Part shown: positions 53,286 to 64,000 of the stretch, one piece after another
Layout of the letters: every line of letters starts with the position of its first letter
Position numbering within the stretch: the first letter of the stretch is position 1
DNA from: Octopus sinensis
Taxonomy: Eukaryota
Length of the DNA stretch: 64,000 bases
Direction of reading: 5' to 3'
NCBI RefSeq assembly: GCF_006345805.1
Contig: NC_043009.1
Location: forward strand, 71,796,001 to 71,860,000
The notes under the pieces: model-generated
Told to the model about the DNA's origin: nothing
Databases searched by the model: none
What the model saw: the letters and a program-made list of their open reading frames with translations, nothing else
Translations under genes and position numbers: made by a program

Positions 53286-54600
53286 TCAGGATGAAAGCAA
53301 TTGCTGTAACACAATGCACATGGCAGGAAAGAAACTGAACCCCTAATCTGACTGATAATGTATAAATCTTAATGATGAAATGTGCAAAGTTCAGTGATAA
53401 TGTTGACGCTAATTATTCAGGCTCTGCTTGGATACAGAAGCAGCAACCTATGACAACAAGACTCCATCCAGAAGATGAATGATATCATGGATAGGAAAAT
53501 GTCTAATTCTGTTTTGAAGACAGCCACATTCACCTTGTGTAGGTTTCTTAATTCTTTTGGCAGAACATTGAAGAAGTTATGGGGCCTTGTTATGGGGCAG
53601 TATCTTCAGTTTAGACGGAATGCTGGGTACTTTTGGTAGCAAGTAATGAGGTCCAGTGCAGGCATTTGTCTAACTCTCGAAACCATAATTACTCTTTTCC
53701 ACTTAGCTTTTGCCTCTTTACCCCAGGAAGGAGCAAAGTCATAACTTTTACGGCCTCTTCTTGAAGTTCTTTTGCTCTGCCTTCTTCAGTTGAATATACC
53801 AGATAGGCACATAAATACAGATATATATATACAGAACATACATTATACTTACATATATGAACGCTCACACATACATATATATGTACGTATATACAAAACC
53901 AGGTTAAATAATTATTACCCTTGTATGGTATTTATTCCCATGCTGGCCACTTGATAAGATCGATATTTAAATATCGATCTTATCCTTATTTATAAATTTA
54001 TATATATATATATTAGAAGAAATGAGGTACTCAGAAATCTGGATGGTTTTATATTTACAGATATTTATTTGTATGTTACATGTTTTTATAAATCATATAT
54101 CATATATTAGCACTTTCGTCCATTCTAGTGGAGTTGTCAAATTGAACTTTTGCAGGAATTTTGTTGCTTTTTATAGTATCATTGAATGTGTAGGGGTGGG
54201 GAGAGATATAAGATACTACAAGAGGGTGAGGAATGGGGAAAAAGTGAGAAAGAGAGAGCGTGTGTGTGTGTGTTTGTATCTGAATGAAGTGTTAAAGAAA
54301 AAGAGAAGGAAAGGAAAAAGGAGAGAAAGAAGAAAATGGCAAACCCTGCTGGTCACTCCAGGGGTGGGGGGCAAAATGTCACTTTTCAAAATATTGTCTG
54401 GATTTCTTTTTATCATTGTCTTGTGAGAGAGTGTGTATGTGCGTGCGTGTGTGTGGGTGTCAGTGTATCTGAAAGGATTGTCAAATGGAAAAGGGAATGA
54501 AAGGAAGGAGGAGGAGAGAAAGAAGAAAAAAATGTGCTTACATTTTTGCAGCTGGTCAGTCTTTCAATAGTAAATGATTCTTTATATATATATATATATA

Positions 54601-54868
54601 AATAATAAATATTAGGGAATAAATCCAAATTTACAGGGAAAAAATCAGATTTAGGATTAAATCCAATTTTATAGTAAAATATTATAAAATATTATTAGAG
54701 ACTTCATAATTTGAAACTGACTTATTGGAAGTCCACCTGAAGATTGTCGATCAAGACAAGAAACAATTGTAGTGGCGGTTTTTTTGACTATTTATTAAAA
54801 TTTTATGTATTGATTAAGTCTTTCCTTGTTTGTTTTGCAAAATAGTGGTTTTGTCTCTAATAATATTT

Positions 54869-54870
<2 letters not shown>
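54601..54870 (+). mobile_element. Probable Penelope-like pseudo-LTR fragment flanked by (TA)n
   Basis: Contains an HHR; 18-bp inverted repeat 54685-54702 / 54853-54870; (TA)n on both sides. Confidence 0.6.
54733..54775 (+). ncRNA. Minimal type I hammerhead ribozyme (second family)
   Basis: Stem I CCAC/GTGG, CTGAAGA, stem II TTGTC-GATCAA-GACAA, GAAA, palindromic ACAATTGT stem III, GUA cleavage triplet (after 54771). Confidence 0.82.
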
Positions 54871-54900
<30 letters not shown>

Positions 54901-55209
54901 TATATATATAGCACACTCTAAATAATAGAGCAGTGGTTATTAAAGCAAAAAAATTATATTTTGGACATATATATACATGTATGTATGTATATGTGTGTGT
55001 GTGTATATATGGGTGATGTGTTTGCTAGGCAAGTGATTTGATCCTGAGACTGTGTTGAAATTAAAACGATTGCAGCATGAACGATACACTTTAGCCATTC
55101 AAAAACACACAAAACCTGTTGACTTCAATAAAACCTTTATCATTTGTTGTCAAAATTTTCCTCACATTAGCTGAGACCTGGTCACTGACATGATTCCAGT
55201 ACATCATAT

Positions 55210-55450
55210 ATATATATAAAGAAATACAAAAAATAGGGCAAGAACGCAAAACATCCAGACTTTAGATGATACAAAAAAAGGGACAAGAAAAAACAAGGAT
55301 GAGTCATTCAGAGTTTTCTTTCCTCAGTCGAGTTCCAGATTATCTTTGCAATTTTGGCTGATTATACTCGAGATTACTCCAACCTGGCCAGCCCCAAGGA
55401 AAAAAACTAAGCTAAGAGCACTAGATTCCTTGGAAGAAAGCAGTGAATGT
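55210..55450 (-). mobile_element. Interspersed repeat, second copy at ~57300-57440 (+); class unresolved
   Basis: Shared gctcttagcttag.ttttt...ctgaggaaagaaaac motif in opposite orientations. Confidence 0.6.
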
Positions 55451-57805
55451 ATCAAAGACAGGGGAAAGAATGGAGAAATGGTACACAAATACAAATGCAA
55501 ATAATAGGACAATATCTATATCATCTTCATCATCATCATCATCATCATCATCAAGCTTGGCTAGCATCCAATGAATTAAATAAGTAAAAGAAAAGATAAA
55601 GATACACACACATGTATGCACGTGCACTCATGCATGCATGCAGACGTTCCTTGTGTAACAAAAGTGTTACATTCCTGTAAATCTTGCCATAATGTGAAAT
55701 TCTGTAATACAAAATCTCTCTTCTGTTTCACTTCCAGTTTATGTGAAATGGAAGTCGATAGAGAAATAGTTGTGAAATTTCATATTAAGCTAAAATTTTC
55801 AGGAATGTATCACTTTTGTAATGCAAAGTAATATGTGTGTGTGTGTGTGTGTGTGTGTTTAGGAGTTGTCTCTTTGTATCAATAATTTAACTTCCAATTT
55901 AAAAGTGATTGGCAAAATACATTATACTATTCATGTGTTAGTTTTGATAGATCAATAATAAATAAGTAAAGAGTTATTAAATCAGTCAGTTTAGTATTTG
56001 TTCTGTAAGTTAACCAAGAAATACAAACCCAGATTAAGAAAAGTCTCATGTCTCTGATTCGGAATCCAGATGTTTTGCTTTCTTCTTGGTTGCATTGAAC
56101 TTCCGTCCTTGTGCTTACCATTCCTCCTGTTTCAGATCGCAACTTTCTATGGTTGTGTTATCCAAGCTCTATCAGATTTCATAACAAAAACCACTTTCAC
56201 AACTAATATTATTATGTATATGCATCGTATTTCAAAACAAAGCTACTTTAACTGCTAATATTATTAAATACATACTAAGGGCCATGGATGACATAACTGG
56301 TAGAGCACCACATCGTCATATGCCGTGCAGTACTTTCTTGTGTTTTGGTTTCGGTTTCCACTCAAATTTGTCATTCATCATTCCAGAGTTGATCAAATGA
56401 GTACCAGTAAGAACGGGGTCGATATAATAGACTGTTAGCTGCCATATAATCTCTGCTAGGAACCAAGGCAATTGTCTGGCACAAACCCAAACTCACTGAG
56501 CAAAGCAGTTTGCAGTATTCACTTACTTATATCTCTCCACGTCATGAGTTAGACATTCCACAATGTCTGATTTTATTTCTCATTATTCTATAAGTAATAG
56601 TTCTCATTACCATTGTTTAGCCAAAGGCCAGTTCTGGTCAGGCAGACCAGTGAAGAGAGATGTTCTGATCACATCCATTTTGTCTTTAATCTAGGATTAC
56701 TTCAAACACTGCACACATTTCCAGGGACCTCATAATCATCCCTGTATAAAGTACACAATTCCATGCCTGCATGGGTCGGAGGAGATTGGCTGAGGCGGAT
56801 TCTCCACAGCTAGACACCGTTCCTGTTACCAAGCCTCACCTGTTTCAAACTCAAGTAATATTCCTCATGATCAGACATGTTTCCATGAAGGAAACCAATT
56901 GCATGAAAATGGTGCTCATTTAGAACCACCACATGATGTCGATACAGGAGAAACAGCAACACACACACATACATCTAATCCTCCAATCTCACTCCAATCT
57001 CTACCCATTTCTCCTCCTTCCACATGACCAGTGTCCAGCTAGTGCAGCTAGTCATGATCTTTCTTTCTTGGCCTGACTGCCAACCATCAACACCTCTTCT
57101 GTCCATCTCCCATGTTCCTGCCTTTAGGCTTTCACTTCATACACACTGGTTCAATTTGATTCGTTCTCAATTGAAAGATGCCTGTTATTTCTTGTTGCTT
57201 GCATTCGTAATTCTGTACCATGTTCTCTGTTCTTTTTGGTTTTTGTTTTTTTGTTTTTTGTGCCTTTGTTGCCATACACATTCGCTAGCTTTCTCACAAA
57301 GGGGTCTAATGCTCTTAGCTTAGACTTTTTTGGGGACAACCAGATTGAACCATCTCAAGTATAACTGCCCAAAATGCTTGTGACTTCGGGTACTTGACTG
57401 AGGAAAGAAAACCACGAATGACCCGTCTTTTTTTGCCCATCCTTCTAATTGTTGTTTCCCTTGTCCACCTTTATATCGTCTATCTGTCCAAATGTTTTAA
57501 TGTCCTCTACTGCATTTTGGTTCCATTCTTATTTACATTTGATGGGCTTCTTTCGGACAGTTCTACTTGTTTCATGTTTTTTGATGAATTTTCTGCCGTT
57601 TCCCTCTTCCATATCTGACATTAATGGAATATTTGTCAATTGTTCTACAATTTATAGTAAAGAGACAGAGTATGAAGTATCAAGCAGAACCTGTTTGCAG
57701 TATTCAGTACTAGTTGCACCACAGACACTATTCATTATAAGTTACTCACCAAGACTTAAAACCCAAGAAACTCAACGGACGAACATTATCATGTTGTACA
57801 AAATG

Positions 57806-57862
<57 letters not shown>

Positions 57863-59111
57863 CCTGTTATTCAGTAGCAGAGAGTGTTAAATGCACTCAT
57901 TTTTCTGCCCTATATACTTAATACCAGCTTTAATAAACTATAGAGAAGAAATCCTACTTATTTAATGGTTACTTAACCCATTCATACACATAGGTGTGTG
58001 TGTGTGAGTGTGTGTAAAACAAGGAAAGAAGTAAAAGATAAAAAGAAATGAGAAAAACAACCAAATAAAGAAATGAAAAAAGAAGAGAGAAATAATATAA
58101 ACAAAGAAGATTTTTTTAAAATTAAACAAAAATAAATATAAATAAGTAATAAAATAAATTGTGCCATAAACATCGAAGAATATTTATTTCTTTGCAGACA
58201 TTTTGGAAATGAGAGAATGGTATCAGTAATTCTTTGCACCTGCTTTAGAAAAGTGGGAAGCACAAATGAATCTTGTATTTTTATATCAATATGGATTGGT
58301 GGTGCCAAATAACTTCCCTCTCGGGCCACCCCCACCCAGTTTCCTGCTTCCACCCGACTCCGGGTGGGGTTTGTTTATTTCCTTCCCATTTTTTTTTCTT
58401 GTGAAGGATGCCTGATGCTGTTGTCTGATATGGCTGTCTTGCTTGATGCCAGGACCAGCGCCAGGTTTGGTAGGGGTTTCCTCTTTCTGTAATGGAACCA
58501 GGCTTTTTTTTCTCTTTTTTTTTACAAACAGGCAGCTGTCTTATGAGGTTACTTCAAAAGTTTAAGAAGTTCCATGGAATCTGACAGCTGTTTGTCATCA
58601 AATGCGATAAGCGCCAATTAATGGTCTTGTTTCATGTTGGTTAATGGCAACCCATCGCTGCCTGACCCGGTTGGTCTTTTGATAAACCATCCTAATTGGA
58701 GGCATTAATGATCTGATTTAATGAAAGAGAGTGCAAAAGCAAGAAATGAAGGATTGTGTTTTGGTTTGTTGGATACTTTGAAGAAACACTCGGTTATATG
58801 ATGCCACACCAATATCTGATAGCTTCCACCAAAGAATGGTACATCAGACACCCTTATAATCCAAAGTTTGTTCACATCTTTGATTCTCTGTAGTTCTGTG
58901 ATAATGCTACTGGCAGAATCCGTAGAATTGGTGAAAAGATGCTTTGCACTGTTTGTTCCAACTCTTCACATTCTGAGTTCAAATCCCACTGGGGTCAGTT
59001 TTGCTTTCATTCTTTTTGAGTCAATAAAATACAGGAGCTGTTAAACCCTGGGGCCAATGGCATCAGCTAAGTCCCCCCCCCCCAGCAGCAGCTTTGGTAA
59101 TGTTTTAATAA

Positions 59112-59293
59112 ATACGAAAATGAAAAGAAGCAGCACATATGCTAGGAGAGAACAACCTCCTAAGCAGACTGAGTGCAGATTTGAGTAGCAGATGGGAACC
59201 GGTATTAAGGAAGGATAGGAGGATATTAGATTTATAAGCCCTAAAATTTACTCTATGATTGCCCACGATTCCGAGTTCAATTCCAGGCAGTGA

Positions 59294-59338
<45 letters not shown>

Positions 59339-59480
59339 TAATAACATTGAAAAATACCTTAGGAATGAGAACCCAGGTTCAAAATTTCCCCAAGATACCT
59401 GAAGAAGGCTGGAGGTATATCAGCCGAAACATTGTGTTAAAAACAGGCTAAATGGGGACAAGTGTCTGTCAAATATTAAT
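59112..59480 (+). mobile_element. Penelope-like element 3' end: GIY-YIG C-terminal remnant + B-box + (AAT)n + HHR
   Basis: 59112-59237 reads IRK*KEAAHMLGENNLLSRLSADLSSRWEPVLRKDRRILDL*; HHR 59394-59438 has CTGAAGA and GAAA intact but stem III changed to ACAT. Confidence 0.75.
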
Positions 59481-60019
59481 AATGTAAGTAAAGTAATTAT
59501 ATGGCAGCAATCTGGCAGAACCAGAAGCACACGAGGCAAAATGGTCAGGTTCTGAGTTCAAATTCCACCATGGTTAATAGAAATAAGTACCAGTTTAAAA
59601 CTGGAGTCGATGCAATTGACTTACTTTCTTCCCTGAAATTGCTGGCCTTGTGCAAAAATTTGAATTCATTATTACAGTAATGTAATGCATGGTAGAATCT
59701 CTGAAATACTAGTAAAAGACTGTTGACCATTCCAAATTTAGATCTCACTGAAGTCAATCAGTTAATCCTCAAACATTTTAACCAGCCAGATTCAGCAGAG
59801 ATATTCAGCCAGTTTTATGGTTTAACTGGCCAGATCCAACCTCTCACACATACCTTACAACGCCATTTTAAAATAAATAAACCCATCATCAAAATCTCAA
59901 AGCCATGATTGAATATGTGGTTCAGCAGAACTGTTAATGCTTATGAAGACCCATTCATCACAGCAGGATTTTTGATGTTGCTCCCCCTGCTGAATAGGAC
60001 TGACCTGTTCTTGAGCCCT

Positions 60020-60290
60020 GAGCTGGTGCCACGTAAAGGCATTCATGCTTGCACCATCTAAAAGCACTCATGCTGGTTCCACATAATAGCACCTGTGCCA
60101 GTGCCGTATAAATGTCACTTAAAAATGCATCCCATGCACTCTGTAGAGTGGTTGGTGTTAAGAAAGACACTTAGCCTTAGAAACCAAATCAAATTAGTGC
60201 TCCTGCTTGCCCACTCTGGTCAAACCATTCAACCCATGCCAGCATGGAAACCAGATATTTGATGACGACAACGACGACGACGACAATGAA
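60020..60290 (+). mobile_element. RTE LINE 3' end fragment (old)
   Basis: gagtggttggtgttaag...caacccatgccagcatggaaac..gatgacgac. Confidence 0.7.
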
Positions 60291-61889
60291 TGTGAATAGA
60301 TAAGCATTAGATTTGACAAAGTAGAGGGTTAATGATTTCATTCCAATTTAACATAGATATTATCAAAATTTCATGAGATGAACAGATGCTAGAAATTCTT
60401 GAGAAGGTGGGGGAGTGGCGAAAATAATCATTCTTCTGGGAGAGATTTATTTAGTTCCTCGTTTCTTTTGTTAATTCTTCCATCTTAAAATCTACTGAAA
60501 TCTTCTCCTACCATGTCACTCCTTTATTCCTTAATTCCCTTATTTTGTTGCAATCTTTCTTATGTAACTATTTCATTCACCTTTGCACCTTTAAAAATTG
60601 AAAAAGTGCACCAACTATATTAAAGGGAACATATACATAGTCAACTGACATGCTAAAATTGACAACCAAATCTCATTCAAAACACACCTTACAGCCAGAA
60701 ATAAGGAAAAATTATTAGATGTTGTAATTCCGGATTCCCAACTGCAAAATACACAGTTAGGGGTCATGATTGGGCTACCACACTTTCATATGATGGATCT
60801 GTATATCAATCAGGCAATCAAAATGAAGCTGTGGCCCCTCAGGGGGTTTCAAATTTATTCCCTTTTTTGCTCTGTAGCAACTGTTTAGCACCAAAGTCAG
60901 CAAAAGACAGTGTCAGACATTCAGCCAGATGACCTCGAGCACTCAGGCCAACCACCTTGGACACTCACAGAAGGCAGACTGCTAAGACCAGTCCACCGTG
61001 GGCACTCAGACAGGCCACCTTAAGCAAGATGTGACTTTGGTCACCCACACACCGATCCACCACAGCTGACCTCCTCCAGACACAACATGGTCCTCACCTT
61101 CCAGTCAGCAGTTATATTATCAGCATCTTTCTTCTGTTAACAGTCAACACATTATTAATCCTGTCCAGCAATAAATATGTCAGAAGTTTGTGAGTTGCTT
61201 CATTTATTATACATGCAGCCAAACAGACAGCCGGACAGCCGGACAGCTGGACAGACAGACCACATGATGATGGTCTTCAACAATTCCAACACACACCAAC
61301 AAGCAATCACCACAACATGGGTGACAATGCTCCTCACAACAGGGGGGATCAACTGTACTCATTGATTGCTAACAAGGGAAAAGGGCAGCACTTGCAGACA
61401 TTCCAACTAAGTCTGAGACTTGGGAGATTGTTGAGGTCAAAGTTCATTTTGAACAGCTCAAAGTCAACATCTGTAGGGATGACAGGGGCAAGAAGGGCAT
61501 TTGAACATGTTCGAAAGGGTGTGAGTCAGTTTTTAGGGTGAGTCAGATATGGAAGGCAAGAGAAGGAGGGGGGAGAGAGAGAGAGAGAGAGAGTGGTGTG
61601 TTACTTGGAATAAAGTGGAGATGGTAACTGCCAACTTCTGTATATTGCTGGTTCTTATTTCATTGACTTTGGCTGAAAGTCTTAATTCTTTCAGGAGACC
61701 TGCACTTGTTGATTGCTTTTGGCCCCAATGCTCAACTGGTACCCACTTTATTGACCTTCACTAGATGAGAAGCAAAGTAAACCATTGTGAAATTTGAACT
61801 CAGAATGGAACAAACTCTACCAACGCCTTTTCACCAACTCTTAAACAGTTCTGCTCATCCACCATCCTCCATTGAACCACTGCCAAAAG

Positions 61890-62136
61890 CAGGGATTCTC
61901 AATTGGGGTTATTGTGACCTTTAGGGGTCAGATTTTCTTTTAAAAATTTATCTCCAATAAATTGCTTATAATTCTGAGATACAGAAAATATTTTAACAAT
62001 TTTTTTTGTACAATTCCTAATAATTTTTGATTATAAAAATATAATAGGATTATTTTTTTAACATTGATGAGTGGGTGGGGTTCCAGTAGATTAGAGTCAA
62101 AAGTGTCCAGAGGGGAAAAATGGTTGAGAAGCATTG
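61890..62136. mobile_element. Decayed hAT-like MITE
   Basis: Ends CAGGGATTCTCAA / TTGAGAAGCATTG; no recognisable TSD. Confidence 0.4.
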
Positions 62137-62261
62137 TGCTACAAGGAACTGACAAAGGGAGTTGCTAAGGGTTGAATGGTCACCCAGAAAGAAATAATGA
62201 TGATGGGGTTGGGGGTGCCAAAGGCAATGACGATGACTGTCATGGTGATGGAAATACTACT

Positions 62262-62400
62262 ACTACTACTACTAATAATAATAATAATAAGAAGAAGAAG
62301 AAGAAGAAGAAGAAAAAGAAGAAGAAGAAAAACAATAGCAATAATAATAATAACAAGAATAACAAGAATAGCAACAACGATGACAACAACAACAATAATT
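62262..62400. repeat. Compound trinucleotide microsatellite (TAC)(TAA)(AAG)(AAC)
   Basis: Direct reading. Confidence 0.92.
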
Positions 62401-63308
62401 TTTAAATGTTTTAGCTGATAATTACGCATTTCAAATTTCCAGGAGTGATAAAGCCATTTGAATGAGAAAACTGAAAAGATTAAAAGATAAGGAGAAAAAG
62501 GAAAAAGAAAAGTTTATATCTAGAAAGCTCATCCATTTCTCATCTGTAGGCTTGTTTCATAAAATACAGTTGATTGGTGTTGTTTAGCCCCAGGCCAGCT
62601 CTGATTGAGCAAAACTATGATCAAGGACCTTCTTTTTTTTCTTCTAGCTGTTGTGAACCCTCAGATTTCCTTATCCCTTATAAATACAAAATACAGAAGG
62701 GTGTAATTTGCAGGGAAGATTTGGCTATTATGACTAGCGGTTCGGAAAACCATATTGGGACTCCTTTGTCAGCTCAGTCTCTATAGATGATGTTCTTAAC
62801 TGTGTGTGTGTGTGTTTATGTCTGTGAATTCCTCCCCATGCCAACCTTGGTTCTGTGCCTGTGTGTTTGAATCTACGGTGGGGGTGGGGGGTCAGAGTGT
62901 CTGTGTGTCACTTAGATGCAGTAAAACTGATTTTATTATTCCCAACAAACTATTCTGATCTGCATTTAAAAAGATTAACAAAGAACACTATCCAAAAAAT
63001 ACAATAAATACTGGAGGTTTTTTTTATTATAAACATGAGGGGGGAGGTTGAACCAGATGGGGTGGGCATGGGTAGGTGGGTGAATGGCATAGTTTCAAAA
63101 GTAACCTTTTGTTTAAGTTAACAATCATCATCATCCATCAGGTTCTCTTCTGGGTACGGGGGTGGGGGTAATGGGTAGGGTGGATAGGGGGTAGGGGTAG
63201 GCCTTTCTTTTGAGATAAGAATCTTTTGTTTACAAAGGAGTAACAAACATTCAAAGATGTGACATAATTCTACAATATCACACATGGACACACGGACACA
63301 CACCCACA

Positions 63309-63387
<79 letters not shown>

Positions 63388-64000
63388 TCTCCAGCTGTCC
63401 TATTATAGTATTTTGAATTGGTTGAGAAAATACATTGGACGATACAAAGGAGGAGGAGAAAGAAAGAGAAAAGAAAAAGAAAATGGAAGAAAAATATTCT
63501 GTAGAGAGTGGGCGGGGGCGGAAATGAAATAGAAAGGAAGAAAGAAGGAAAACAAAGATGTGCAATGAAGCTTGTTTATTGAGAGGAGTTGAGAAAGACT
63601 TGAATGTTCTGGAATGTTGCCTCATCAATGGAGTGCAGAGAAATAGGAAGGAGCTGCTGACCTGCTTGACCAACATCACCACCACTACTTTCCTCTTTCT
63701 TCTACTGTCCCTTACCACCACCACCACCACCACCACCACCACTTTGGTCATTAAACATCTTAATGAAGTGGAAAAGTATGTAAAGTTGGTTCCGAGGGTT
63801 TTTCCTCATCTCACTGCTCCTCAGCTTAATCAAAGATTCGCTCTTTGATCATCAGTGATGAAAAGGGATTTTCTATAATCACATCCAATGAAAATAGGAC
63901 CCAATGAAAAAGGAGAATCCATCCCCAAACCAGAACTTCACTTCCAAAGGATGTTATGCTCTGGGGTTTTTTTTTTGTGGAATATGAAGGGTTTCATCTA

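Noticed and set aside
55300-55335. CTGAGGA motif in the 55.2/57.3-kb repeat as a hammerhead
   Set aside because: Followed by GAAT rather than GAAA, with no stem I or NUH triplet.
59121-59123. In-frame TGA in the Penelope remnant as selenocysteine recoding
   Set aside because: It sits at a non-cysteine position (expected L/I in RKxKE) in a decayed copy, and no SECIS was seen.
60840-61540. Relatively GC-rich stretch as a host exon
   Set aside because: No clean ORF or splice pair; fragments such as WEIVEVKVHFEQLKVNIC suggest a decayed LINE endonuclease, too weak to call.

Overview
AT-rich, microsatellite-dense animal genomic DNA, not prokaryotic. The repeat families look like those of an Octopus-type cephalopod (inference from recall, unverified). 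The only host coding sequence I can support is one exon of a gamma/delta/zeta-sarcoglycan gene (36036-36209, +); the rest appears intronic or intergenic and is packed with transposons. These include a near-intact sense-strand RTE LINE carrying a PHD finger inside its RT, more than 12 truncated copies of its 3' end, CR1, Tx1 and two R4/Dong-like RLE LINE fragments, several tRNA-headed SINE families, a decayed mariner and hAT MITEs. The standout signal is hammerhead ribozymes (HHR). A Penelope-derived cassette (tRNA-like Pol III A/B boxes, then (AAT)n, then a minimal HHR) occurs at four loci, once as a ~550-bp head-to-head palindrome with a 14-bp target-site duplication. An unrelated HHR with a complete core sits at 54733-54775. 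Most boundaries of decayed repeats are approximate and were read by eye.
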